Below the pieces are notes generated by a model. That model did not search any database. It saw only the letters and a list, made by a program, of their open reading frames with translations, and was not told where the DNA came from. A stretch of DNA of 64,000 bases, taken from IMG/VR virus record IMGVR_UViG_3300046787_000286, positions 150,007 through 214,006 of that record. One strand, 5' to 3'. Of this stretch, positions 45,095-53,815 are shown in pieces; the first letter of the stretch is position 1, and every line of letters begins with the position of its first letter. The position numbers and the translations under genes are program-made.

Positions 45095-46028
45095 AAATTT
45101 TAAATCTGTTTTGATTGTACAGTAGTTTTTCTTGAAGTTGCAAAAATTTCATTTGCAAATAATCAGTTGGTTGTTTACACAATTCTGTTAAAAATACAGG
45201 AATATTATATGGTGCTGTTAGATCTGCATCAGTGATATCTTCAAAATCATCAACGTATGTTTCGAATCCCCGACTGTGCAAACATTCCACGCCCCCATTG
45301 GGTGCATAAAGTAAAAAAGGTCTTAGCCCTAGTATAGGCTTAAATGTTTTTTCACTTAGGAAATTACTAGGCTCAATGTCCCAGATAGTTTCAGTGATAA
45401 TGTTAACAAAATGTCGTTTCCAATTGCTGATGTTTCCCAAACTCACGATGTCATTGCCAATTCCGTATTGTTCAGTTCCGCCATTGGGTGCAAGATCTTG
45501 CCCCGGACTATCTTCATTAAGTAGTCTCAGTGGTGGCGTACCGCCCATGCTTACAAATCCACAATCTAGTAGCCCTGCTGCTTCTAACCCTTGATATAAT
45601 CTCATTCGATGTTGATGCGGCTTTCTATTCAAGCACATGTATGCCGTATCTATCATGTCATGAGTTAGTAAAAGAGACTGATCAACCGGCTGATAAAAAT
45701 GCTCCATAAACAATGGAAAATAATCAACATACCCCTGGCCTGAATAATACCCAATGCCATGCACTTCACAATTTAATTCGTCAAACCAATCGAGTTGAAC
45801 AATCGGAGGATCTAACATTGCAACAACAAAAATATGACTGGGTTGTATCTTGCGTAATTCTGCCATCACCTGTTGATGATAATCACCTGTGTACCAGACA
45901 CTGTTGATTATCACTGCTCTGCTATCGTCAGCGTAATACTTTGATAACTTAGTCTTGATGATTTGTCGCTCAAGTTGCTTCATGGGCCAATTTGTGCCCC
46001 AGCCTATGTCATACTCCTTTAAAATCAC
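45069..46028 (-). CDS. glycosyltransferase-like protein (SEK..KPI family, GT10-like C-terminus)
   Basis: CLNRKP..HR, NIITET, FLSEKTFKPI, GFETY. Confidence 0.6.
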   Translation of the reverse strand: MILKEYDIGWGTNWPMKQLERQIIKTKLSKYYADDSRAVIINSVWYTGDYHQQVMAELRKIQPSHIFVVAMLDPPIVQLDWFDELNCEVHGIGYYSGQGYVDYFPLFMEHFYQPVDQSLLLTHDMIDTAYMCLNRKPHQHRMRLYQGLEAAGLLDCGFVSMGGTPPLRLLNEDSPGQDLAPNGGTEQYGIGNDIVSLGNISNWKRHFVNIITETIWDIEPSNFLSEKTFKPILGLRPFLLYAPNGGVECLHSRGFETYVDDFEDITDADLTAPYNIPVFLTELCKQPTDYLQMKFLQLQEKLLYNQNRFKIYVREQYQK

Positions 46029-46986
46029 GAATTTTCTTTCTTACTATACTTCTATTATGTCGAGTGATATTAGCAGCCTGGTTGATAATTTCTTGCCACT
46101 GAGCATCAGGCAGGTTTGCTAACGTATCAATTAACTTTGATATCGCTGACCAACGAGCAACACCCTCAAGTTGATCATAACTTTCGTCCCAAAGATCGCT
46201 AAATGTTTGAAAGTTATCCTTCTTTAAATTATTTAAGTAATTTACAGGGCCGTAAACTATAAAGGGCTTGTTGCCCACAATTGGACGTATTGTTTTTTCT
46301 GTAGGGAAAAAAGTATCACCTAATGTATACGTTTCACAAACAAGTTCGATATTAAACATGGGATAATACTGGAACAAACTTCTTGCCATATCTCCTGAAC
46401 TGATTTCGGGCACACGATATTGATCTTGTATCACATGATTATCAATACTGCACACTGGCGCAGTACCAAGCCAGGCTACAGCTTGTTCTGCATCGTCAAA
46501 CCAGTCGTTTACATTTTCACAATGTGATGCGTGTGGCGATAATTTCATGCCCCAGTTATCTCCATGCAGACTAGACATTTTGCTTACTAGAAATTTCCCG
46601 GGCCACTTGTGGAATGTATCGTATAAAATACGGTTTCTACTTGGACATCCGCGGCCTTGGAACAACCCAAAACGGGAATCTGTTGGAGATGTATTTTCAA
46701 TTTCATCTACCCAATAGTGCCAACTCATTGGAAAAAAATGACTGTGACTATTGCAATAATTTCGTTTGTACGGCACAGATTCAATGCCGTTAGACCAGCG
46801 TGTAACCCATACATCTAAGTCGTAGTTACTGATCAAATCAGTTACTCCTAGTTTTTTTAAACTAGGGCCTTCGGAACAGAGATCTAGCATTATACTCTGC
46901 CCCGGTTGCGTTTGATCTAACAGTTGTTTTGCAGTGTCTCTGTTGTTCCAAATGTCGCCAGAAACTTGTATAGGTATTGTAATCAT
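46009..46986 (-). CDS. glycosyltransferase-like protein (TEK..RPI family)
   Basis: ELVCET...FFPTEKTIRPI..KPF...FQTF..WDESYD. Confidence 0.6.
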   Translation of the reverse strand: MITIPIQVSGDIWNNRDTAKQLLDQTQPGQSIMLDLCSEGPSLKKLGVTDLISNYDLDVWVTRWSNGIESVPYKRNYCNSHSHFFPMSWHYWVDEIENTSPTDSRFGLFQGRGCPSRNRILYDTFHKWPGKFLVSKMSSLHGDNWGMKLSPHASHCENVNDWFDDAEQAVAWLGTAPVCSIDNHVIQDQYRVPEISSGDMARSLFQYYPMFNIELVCETYTLGDTFFPTEKTIRPIVGNKPFIVYGPVNYLNNLKKDNFQTFSDLWDESYDQLEGVARWSAISKLIDTLANLPDAQWQEIINQAANITRHNRSIVRKKIRDFKGV

Positions 46987-47003
46987 GTAGATAAGTATAT
47001 ATT

Positions 47004-48572
47004 ATGATGCGCGACTTACTTAACATTCTTGACAAAATAACCCTTACTGAAGGTGTGGGATTAACTAACCGTAAACCTGGCGAAAAATTCAAAAATCATG
47101 TGGATGACATTGTGTCGTACCAGAACATGGAATTTTATCCAGACTCAGGCCGATACGAAACCCCAGACGAACTAGCACAGGCCAAAACCTCAGTTGAGCA
47201 GTCTGGTAGAAACATACACTGGATCAATCAACCTAACTCATCAACTGGTGGATTCATGATTGCCACGTTCACTGGCGAAGATGGAAAAGAATATTATCTA
47301 GGCAAATGGGTCAAAGCAATTAGTCCAAACAAGGCCCTGAACAATTTTGCGCACAATGAGATTCCCGGTGGATTCAAGTTCCAAAGCAAGGCAGGGCAAA
47401 AGGAAAACTCTGGACTCAAGCCCAGTGAGTGGTTAGAGCAATATCAAAACAACACTCCACAAACAATTTTAGATCAAGCCCGCAAGGCATTTGGACCAGA
47501 CAGCGCAGAAGCTCAAGCACTGGCAACATTTATTAACGGAGATATTCCAGTGGAAGTTGCCCGTGGTAACATGAACGCTACTGCCTTCCGCGATTACTTT
47601 GCTGAGGTACTACAGCCTATTGCACTAGTGCTAGGTAAAAAAGTATCCGGTAATGCCGCAGAAGCGGCTCAAATCTTCTTTGGTCCAGGTGCTGATTACT
47701 CAGATTGTACAATTAGTTTCAACAACAATACCATTGGTGGCCTGTACGATTCCTTGTTGGTTAACCCCGAAGGTAAACAGATCAAGCTGTCGAGCAAAGG
47801 TAAAGATGGCGCTAACGCATCAGTTACTAACTTGATTAAATCTGTACAAGAACTTGAAAAAGTACCTGCAGGTAAAAAGCTCAAGGCCACATTTGCCGAA
47901 GAAATAGAAATGTTGACCAACATTGAAAAACTGGGACACTTCGGTGCTCCTATTGCTATTGCCGAAAAGTACGGAATTATCGACCAAGGCGACGGAGCAA
48001 GAGTTATGCAGTTAAAAAATCTGGGTCCCAACGATGATGTTACTGGTATCTTGAGCAAGAAGCTACAGGCGTTGTACAATGACCGCAAAGCCAAGGACAT
48101 GGGACGCATTATCCCGGCTGAACACATGATTGCTGCCATTGCTTACAAAGTTGCCGATTATGTTAACAAGAACACACGCTTTGGCGAAGCAGCTTCTTCT
48201 ATCCTAAACAACGCGGCACTGGTACAAATGTATACAAACACTACCGACACTGCTGATACAATTACTATTACTAAACTAGAAGCAGTATACCCATCGCAGA
48301 CAGTTACAGGTGTGCTGCTAGATGCTACCAAGGCTTACATGAGCACACAAGGCAAAGGTAACTTTACATTTAAGATCTTGAAGAATGGTGCCAAGCCAAC
48401 TGATGTAAACGACATCGACGGAATGGATAGTTTAGAAGAGCCCGGGGTAGATACATCTAATCCAGACGAGTTAGACGCTGCTACACAACGTAGAAGTTCT
48501 GTAAAAGCAGCTGGAGCAGCACCTGAGAAATTAGGGTCTAAACAAAGTTTAGGTAGAGCACGTCAACGCTGA
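47004..48572 (+). CDS. 522-aa protein with PD-(D/E)xK-like nuclease motif; probable late/virion protein
   Basis: FAEV..P...LYDS...IKLSSK; TAAGTA upstream; leader ending LTE. Confidence 0.6.
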   Translation: MMRDLLNILDKITLTEGVGLTNRKPGEKFKNHVDDIVSYQNMEFYPDSGRYETPDELAQAKTSVEQSGRNIHWINQPNSSTGGFMIATFTGEDGKEYYLGKWVKAISPNKALNNFAHNEIPGGFKFQSKAGQKENSGLKPSEWLEQYQNNTPQTILDQARKAFGPDSAEAQALATFINGDIPVEVARGNMNATAFRDYFAEVLQPIALVLGKKVSGNAAEAAQIFFGPGADYSDCTISFNNNTIGGLYDSLLVNPEGKQIKLSSKGKDGANASVTNLIKSVQELEKVPAGKKLKATFAEEIEMLTNIEKLGHFGAPIAIAEKYGIIDQGDGARVMQLKNLGPNDDVTGILSKKLQALYNDRKAKDMGRIIPAEHMIAAIAYKVADYVNKNTRFGEAASSILNNAALVQMYTNTTDTADTITITKLEAVYPSQTVTGVLLDATKAYMSTQGKGNFTFKILKNGAKPTDVNDIDGMDSLEEPGVDTSNPDELDAATQRRSSVKAAGAAPEKLGSKQSLGRARQR

Positions 48573-49135
48573 GTTAGGTCTGAAATGTAATTGCAGATTC
48601 TCAATTGAACTGCTTCTTCTGCACTAAGGTAAACATCTTGTGGAGGAAGCAGTTTTTCTTTTATAGTTTTTTCGTCTAGTCCAGTTGCCAACTTGTAATG
48701 TGCTAGCATGCGTTCGTGAACTAAATTAAACTCTTTTGTAACTGCCCATAGTTCGTGGTGCTTGCCTTCGCTTCCCCAGGAGTACTGGTGGCTTAGTATA
48801 CTGGTATTTGGTGTTAATATGCGGGGCTTGCCTGCTAAGAATATCATCAATCCTGCTGATGCAATTTGCCCTAGTCCCACAGTTTTAACAGGAATCAAGC
48901 TGCTTCGTATTACATCGATTAGTGCAAATGCAGATTCGAGCTCCCCGCCTGAGCTGCAAATCATTAACAGTAATTCTTTTTTCTTCTTTTTAACCACATG
49001 ATTCTCTGCCAGAATCCACTCTATAATAGGCTGTATTGACTCTTCGTCAACTTCGCCCATGAAGACATACATCCCGTTGTCTTGCAGTTGTTCCGAATGT
49101 GATCTTGATTCTGGTAGGTCTTTTTCTTGTGGCAT
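48563..49135 (-). CDS. clpP: ClpP protease subunit
   Basis: ICSSGG, GQIASAG (Ser), SHQ (His), DVYLSAEEA (Asp). Confidence 0.92.
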   Translation of the reverse strand: MPQEKDLPESRSHSEQLQDNGMYVFMGEVDEESIQPIIEWILAENHVVKKKKKELLLMICSSGGELESAFALIDVIRSSLIPVKTVGLGQIASAGLMIFLAGKPRILTPNTSILSHQYSWGSEGKHHELWAVTKEFNLVHERMLAHYKLATGLDEKTIKEKLLPPQDVYLSAEEAVQLRICNYISDLTQR

Positions 49136-49170
49136 AATAAGTAACCGGTTACCCAATTACTTATCATGTA

Positions 49171-50178
49171 TCACAGAGAACGACATTGCGAATTTGTTAC
49201 AACTTCCACTAAAATGTTGTCAGTTTTTGCCATCGCCGCAACATCTTGCCCTAGATTCACACTTGCACGGAATCGATGTGCCCCATTCTGCAATCGAAGA
49301 CTATTCCCGTAATAAGAATAAAATTCAACATTGTGCAAATAACAAACACGCTTGACTGGCTGTCCGTAAATGTTTTGCACTTCGACCATTACAGTAGGGG
49401 ACGATGATCTAAAGTACTGATCAATATCAACCAGCTTTTGGATGTCATAAAACTCACGATCTTGAATAAAGTAACGCAAGTCTGCACAACCAAACCTACA
49501 CATTTTGTTGCCAGTTTTTTCTGCGGCATCATTAAATGCATTTACAAACCGTTCGTCCCAGCTAATTGTTATTGGGATGGACACCTGGGTGTTTCGGTAT
49601 GCATCCATGTATACATCAGGGGTCTCCATTTTTACACGAAATGCGCGACGAGGGAAATCACGCAGTACAGCACGAAAAATGTCATCTCCTCGGCTTCGCT
49701 CGTCCAGGATGCTTTCTGCACGAGTGCTTAATGCACCGCCGTCGATCCCTTTTTCAGTAGCACTTTTGGCCAATAACCGTTGTGCCATTACACTTTCTGT
49801 AATCCAAACATCCATGGTCAACTTTACAAACCCTGCACCGTTGTAGCGTTCAACGATTTTGTATTCGTCAATTAGCCCAGAACTGTAAGTAACGATTTCA
49901 TCACGGGTTAGTTTGCTGTTACGCAGTTCGCTTTCGCTTAGGACCACAGTTCCTGCAACTTGCTCACTTGCTAAACGGAATGCTTGTTTCTTTGCTTTTT
50001 CAAAATCCGGTGCTTGGGATTCTACACGAATGTAGTATACCTTCTTTTGGTCTTTCAAATAAGACTTAACTGCAATAACCACACCTAGCGGACTAGGTGT
50101 AATCAATACTGACACCGGTGGTACTGCTAGGGCATTAAAACTCAATGCCACTAGCAGAGTAGCTACTAGCTGTTTCAT
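49171..50178 (-). CDS. exported protein with LPP20/FlgT-N-like motif
   Basis: Signal peptide; AKKQAFRLASEQVAG.VV.SE. Confidence 0.65.
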   Translation of the reverse strand: MKQLVATLLVALSFNALAVPPVSVLITPSPLGVVIAVKSYLKDQKKVYYIRVESQAPDFEKAKKQAFRLASEQVAGTVVLSESELRNSKLTRDEIVTYSSGLIDEYKIVERYNGAGFVKLTMDVWITESVMAQRLLAKSATEKGIDGGALSTRAESILDERSRGDDIFRAVLRDFPRRAFRVKMETPDVYMDAYRNTQVSIPITISWDERFVNAFNDAAEKTGNKMCRFGCADLRYFIQDREFYDIQKLVDIDQYFRSSSPTVMVEVQNIYGQPVKRVCYLHNVEFYSYYGNSLRLQNGAHRFRASVNLGQDVAAMAKTDNILVEVVTNSQCRSL

Positions 50179-50849
50179 TGCTGAACACGCCACTTATTGC
50201 GGAAGAACTCGCTAGCACGTTCTGAATCTTTGTCCCAACGAATTGTAACCTGCACAGTTTGGCGATCCACAATCTTCTCGTCAACTGCACGAACTCCACG
50301 CAAGATGCCTGCGGCATTGATACGCACAGTTTCTGTCAAGGTTTGCACAGTGTCATTGGTGTTTTCGCGAATGGCCCAGTTTGTTTCTTTAGTGGCCTCG
50401 TCGTCAGTCATGCTAACTTCTTCGTTGGCATTGATACGTTGTTTAATACGATCATTTGCCTTTTCAATGTTCTTAGCAATCACAGTTTTAACCTGCGAGC
50501 TAGACACGTCTTCTTGGATGAAGTGACGCAGTTTGGCCTTGGCTCGCATTTCTGCGACACGGAACGCCTGTTCACGGTTGTTTTCAGAGTTGCCGTAGCT
50601 TGGTGCATAAGCAGTAACTTCGATTGCTTTGATATCAGTCTTGCTACACATAGCATCTGTCATGCCAAATGCACCAGTGCCAAATGCACAATCATATTCT
50701 AGCTTGATACCTTTTCGGGTAAAGTTGCTAGACAGTTTCTGCGAATGGATAGGTGTCATGGACCCGGGGTTTTCTGCTTTGTTTAATTTAACAGAGCTAC
50801 ATGCACTCAATGTCAGTGCAATCGCGGTAACTAAAAGAACACGTTTCAT
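50175..50849 (-). CDS. lipoprotein (LPP20-like)
   Basis: Lipobox LSAC; A...AEMRAK..L..F...GILRGV; promoter at 50886-50914. Confidence 0.75.
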   Translation of the reverse strand: MKRVLLVTAIALTLSACSSVKLNKAENPGSMTPIHSQKLSSNFTRKGIKLEYDCAFGTGAFGMTDAMCSKTDIKAIEVTAYAPSYGNSENNREQAFRVAEMRAKAKLRHFIQEDVSSSQVKTVIAKNIEKANDRIKQRINANEEVSMTDDEATKETNWAIRENTNDTVQTLTETVRINAAGILRGVRAVDEKIVDRQTVQVTIRWDKDSERASEFFRNKWRVQQ

Positions 50850-50885
50850 ATGGCCTCCTTAGCCTGAAAGTTTGTTAATGTGTAT

Positions 50886-50914
50886 ATTATAGCAAAATGG
50901 AAATTATTGGTCAA
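50886..50914 (-). promoter_or_regulatory. sigma70 early promoter
   Basis: TTGACC-17-TATAAT. Confidence 0.85.
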
Positions 50915-51101
50915 CCGATTCCACATCCTGCAAGATACGCTTGAGTTCGTCGATGTTGACTTCCAACATCTTGACAACAGCATAGGCCATCATACGCACA
51001 TGGGCATCTTCTGATTTACGATTCTCGTTTTCACGAGCCAAGTATGCTTCCTTGCCGGCGATTGTGTTACGCAGATTTTCTGCTACGGTTTGGATGTTCA
51101 T
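50904..51101 (-). CDS. hypothetical protein
   Basis: 65 aa, ATGA-coupled. Confidence 0.65.
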   Translation of the reverse strand: MNIQTVAENLRNTIAGKEAYLARENENRKSEDAHVRMMAYAVVKMLEVNIDELKRILQDVESVDQ

Positions 51102-51307
51102 TTCAATTCCTTTACAACCCAAGGTTCAGGTTTAACTTTCCAATGATCCTTGTTCCAGATACCATGAACATTTTCTTCCCACAATCCAATGATTGCGTTC
51201 ATGTTAACGGCATGTGCTTCTGCATCCTCTTTGGTGTAAAACTTCATAGGAACTGGACTTGGATCATTGGGACTCATTGCCCCGTGTGTGAATTTTGGTT
51301 CGTTCAT
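51098..51307 (-). CDS. hypothetical protein
   Basis: 69 aa, ATGA-coupled. Confidence 0.6.
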   Translation of the reverse strand: MNEPKFTHGAMSPNDPSPVPMKFYTKEDAEAHAVNMNAIIGLWEENVHGIWNKDHWKVKPEPWVVKELK

Positions 51308-51483
51308 TTTGATTCTTTCAATCGTTTTACATTCAAGAAAATTCGTTGTTCATGCAAGCCAACAGCGGCCTGTCGCAGTTCTCTCAATCTTGCTTCGCTT
51401 TGATTTTCTTTGGATTTATTGTGTTCTACGATAAACTGATCCTTGACTAATTGTAGCAAGATTTCAGTTGCTTCCCAGTTCAT
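51304..51483 (-). CDS. 59-aa hypothetical protein (not in ORF track)
   Basis: ATGA overlaps at both ends. Confidence 0.55.
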   Translation of the reverse strand: MNWEATEILLQLVKDQFIVEHNKSKENQSEARLRELRQAAVGLHEQRIFLNVKRLKESK

Positions 51484-51698
51484 TTTTCAACTCCAAACTG
51501 TTTCAACATATCATACGCATTGTCATCATCGACAACAAGACTGGCACATTCTCGCACAATCAACTCAGCGAACAAGTCAAGGTCAAAGTGACGGGTCACT
51601 GATACTGACTTGATAGTAGGATCAACCACAGAACTAAAATATTCTTGTCGGCGTTCTATATGAGCCTGCTCATACAGTTTTTTAATTCGTAGGTTCAT
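51480..51698 (-). CDS. FAELIV.EC/FGVE family protein
   Basis: LFAELIVREC...KQFGVEK. Confidence 0.75.
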   Translation of the reverse strand: MNLRIKKLYEQAHIERRQEYFSSVVDPTIKSVSVTRHFDLDLFAELIVRECASLVVDDDNAYDMLKQFGVEK

Positions 51699-51922
51699 TC
51701 TTCAACTCCGAAATCTTTGTTAATAGCACGGATGTAATCTTCCGATGTTGGTACTTGCCCTTTTTCTTCCATTACCACATCTGTAATTAGAATACTTGCA
51801 ATTACCTTACGGTGCATATCTTGCATAATCAACTCAGAGAACTTTCGCTTGTCAAGATACCGAAAACCATCGTGCTCTTCGGTAGTGGCTTGTTCGGCTA
51901 GTTGTTTAATCGGTTCGTTCAT
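51695..51922 (-). CDS. FAELIV.EC/FGVEE family protein
   Basis: MNEPIKQLAEQA...KFSELI...FGVEE. Confidence 0.75.
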   Translation of the reverse strand: MNEPIKQLAEQATTEEHDGFRYLDKRKFSELIMQDMHRKVIASILITDVVMEEKGQVPTSEDYIRAINKDFGVEE

Positions 51923-52089
51923 ACCATCTCTACCTTGCCGTTGAGTTGTTGTGCAACTTTGTCAGCTTGGGCACGGCTACGGTATGTTTGGGGCTGACGC
52001 ACGAAAGAAATCTTACCACTGCGGTCGTATTCGTTACGGCCAATTGCAAATTTCTCGTCGCTTTGATCCAGGGCAATCACATAAAACAT
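51919..52089 (-). CDS. 56-aa early protein (not in ORF track)
   Basis: AAGGA RBS after promoter; ATGA overlap. Confidence 0.55.
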   Translation of the reverse strand: MFYVIALDQSDEKFAIGRNEYDRSGKISFVRQPQTYRSRAQADKVAQQLNGKVEMV

Positions 52090-52110
52090 ACTCGGTCCTT
52101 TTTGCTGTCT

Positions 52111-52197
52111 ATGTGTATATTATAGCAAATCGGGCAATTTTGGTCAACCAAAAGAAAAGCCCCTTGCGGGGCTCAAAATGTACTACTTGAGTATTAC
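52111..52197 (-). promoter_or_regulatory. palindrome-terminator-promoter cassette (contains repeat copy 3)
   Basis: 42-bp repeat 52111-52152, hairpin 52158-52173, GTACTACTTGAGTATTAC at 52180-52197. Confidence 0.9.
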
Positions 52198-52460
52198 TTT
52201 TTGAAGCTGAACTTTTCTGCCATGTCAGCGTATGCTTTGTTGAAGTCATACTTGGTAGCTTCTTGAGCTGTCTTTACTGCTTCGCTTGTGAGTGAAGTGA
52301 AAGTGTCCATGCCAACCTTAGCTGCCTTCTTTGTGTAGTCGGCTTGTGCATCAATGAACTTGATCAATGGTGCTTTGACTGCTTCGTTTGTTACGAATGT
52401 GTTGATGAAAGTCTTTTTTGCAGTTTGAACTGCGTCGATGGTTGCGTCTGCTGTAAACAT
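52194..52460 (-). CDS. phasin-like amphipathic helical protein
   Basis: Ala/Thr/Lys-rich helices, IDAVQTAKK..FV, FIDAQ..YTK. Confidence 0.5.
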   Translation of the reverse strand: MFTADATIDAVQTAKKTFINTFVTNEAVKAPLIKFIDAQADYTKKAAKVGMDTFTSLTSEAVKTAQEATKYDFNKAYADMAEKFSFKK

Positions 52461-52516
52461 AATGTTCTCCTTAAATAAGCAAGTTTGCTACAAGACCCGG
52501 CCTATCCAGCGTCTCA
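52455..52516 (-). ncRNA. ROSE-like structured 5' UTR (putative RNA thermometer)
   Basis: 5' hairpin, then CUUGCU pairing with AGGAG with a bulged G. Confidence 0.45.
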
Positions 52517-52567
52517 TAGTATATTATATATGATCTATATATTGAAGATCAATGGGTTTTTGTATGT

Positions 52568-53743
52568 TTAGTGACGACTCACTAAATCTGCAACCTTTTT
52601 ACCTGTAGCCGGGCCTAGTGTCCATCCCAAATGTCCGTGTCCTGTGTTGTAAAACACATTTGGGGTAGATACACTTTGGCGAATAATTGGCATCATGTCT
52701 GGTGTCATTGGACGCAAACATGCATACTGAGTGTAATCATGTGTGTTAATGTTTGGGAAATTAGTATGCACCCATTTCAACAACGGGTCGATTCGATCTC
52801 TAGTGATGTCGTAGTTTTCACCTGCCAGCTCTGCTGTGCCTGCAACACGGAAACGATTGCCTAATGTTGCTGTAACAATTTTTGCTTCGTCATCTAATAA
52901 ACTCACTCGAGGCAAATACTTAGGATCGACATTGTTGATTGTGATAGAGTAACCCTTGACTGGGTATACATCAATTGTGTCTCCCGCTGTCTTGGCCAAT
53001 GCTCGACTGCCAACTCCGTTTGCAATCACAATAGCATCGTAAAAGGAAAGTTCTTCCACATGTCCAATTTTCCAGTTGTAGTGAAATTCAACTCCGTACT
53101 TGGTCTCTAAGATTTCTGCAAGGCTATAACAGAACTTGTGAATGTCTCCTGTCCAATCTTCCTTGGTCCATGTGCCACCGATAATATTCTCAATATCACC
53201 TAGTGCAGGATCCATTGACTTTACATGTTGACTGCTTTGTAGCAAATCCCAACTGCATCCGTTGGCATTATAAAGTTCTTTAATATCTTGTGCATTTTTC
53301 CAATAGTCGGGATTCTTGTAAAAATGCAAGATGCCGCAATCGTTACGATCAAAATCGATATTCTCATCGCTACAAATCTCATCGTATAGCTGTCTGCTTT
53401 GAATACCCATCTGAACAGTCGAACTAGAGTTGCGATAACAAACATCGTTGACTGTTGCTAACAAAAATTTAAACACCCAACGCCACATTGCCCAGTCTAG
53501 TCTCCAACGAAACTTTAACGGAGCGTCTTTCTTGAACATCCATTTGAAGCCTTTCTTGACATTGCTCCATGTTGTCCATGTTTCTGAATTACTAACTGAT
53601 ATTTGTCCACCGTTGGCAAAACTTGTTTTCATGCCAGCATAACGTTCAGCTTCGTATACTCTAACTTTGTGACCGGACTTTGCCAGATAATACGCTGAAC
53701 ATAGTCCCGTAATGCCTGCGCCTACTACTGCTACTTTTTTCAC
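52568..53743 (-). CDS. dadA: D-amino acid dehydrogenase (FAD-dependent)
   Basis: GAGITG, TSFANGGQIS, YPVKGYS, RVAGTAE, LRPMTPD, NTGHGHLGWT. Confidence 0.93.
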   Translation of the reverse strand: MKKVAVVGAGITGLCSAYYLAKSGHKVRVYEAERYAGMKTSFANGGQISVSNSETWTTWSNVKKGFKWMFKKDAPLKFRWRLDWAMWRWVFKFLLATVNDVCYRNSSSTVQMGIQSRQLYDEICSDENIDFDRNDCGILHFYKNPDYWKNAQDIKELYNANGCSWDLLQSSQHVKSMDPALGDIENIIGGTWTKEDWTGDIHKFCYSLAEILETKYGVEFHYNWKIGHVEELSFYDAIVIANGVGSRALAKTAGDTIDVYPVKGYSITINNVDPKYLPRVSLLDDEAKIVTATLGNRFRVAGTAELAGENYDITRDRIDPLLKWVHTNFPNINTHDYTQYACLRPMTPDMMPIIRQSVSTPNVFYNTGHGHLGWTLGPATGKKVADLVSRH

Positions 53744-53815
53744 TGTTAATTCCTTAAGACAAACTATTTATAAGGTACCATTAACCACCTACTAAATAAA
53801 ATCGGAGGATATCAC

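Noticed and set aside
20402-52152. Repeats considered as a CRISPR array
   Set aside because: Copies are hundreds to thousands of bases apart, separated by genes, and match sigma70 promoters; no cas genes are present.
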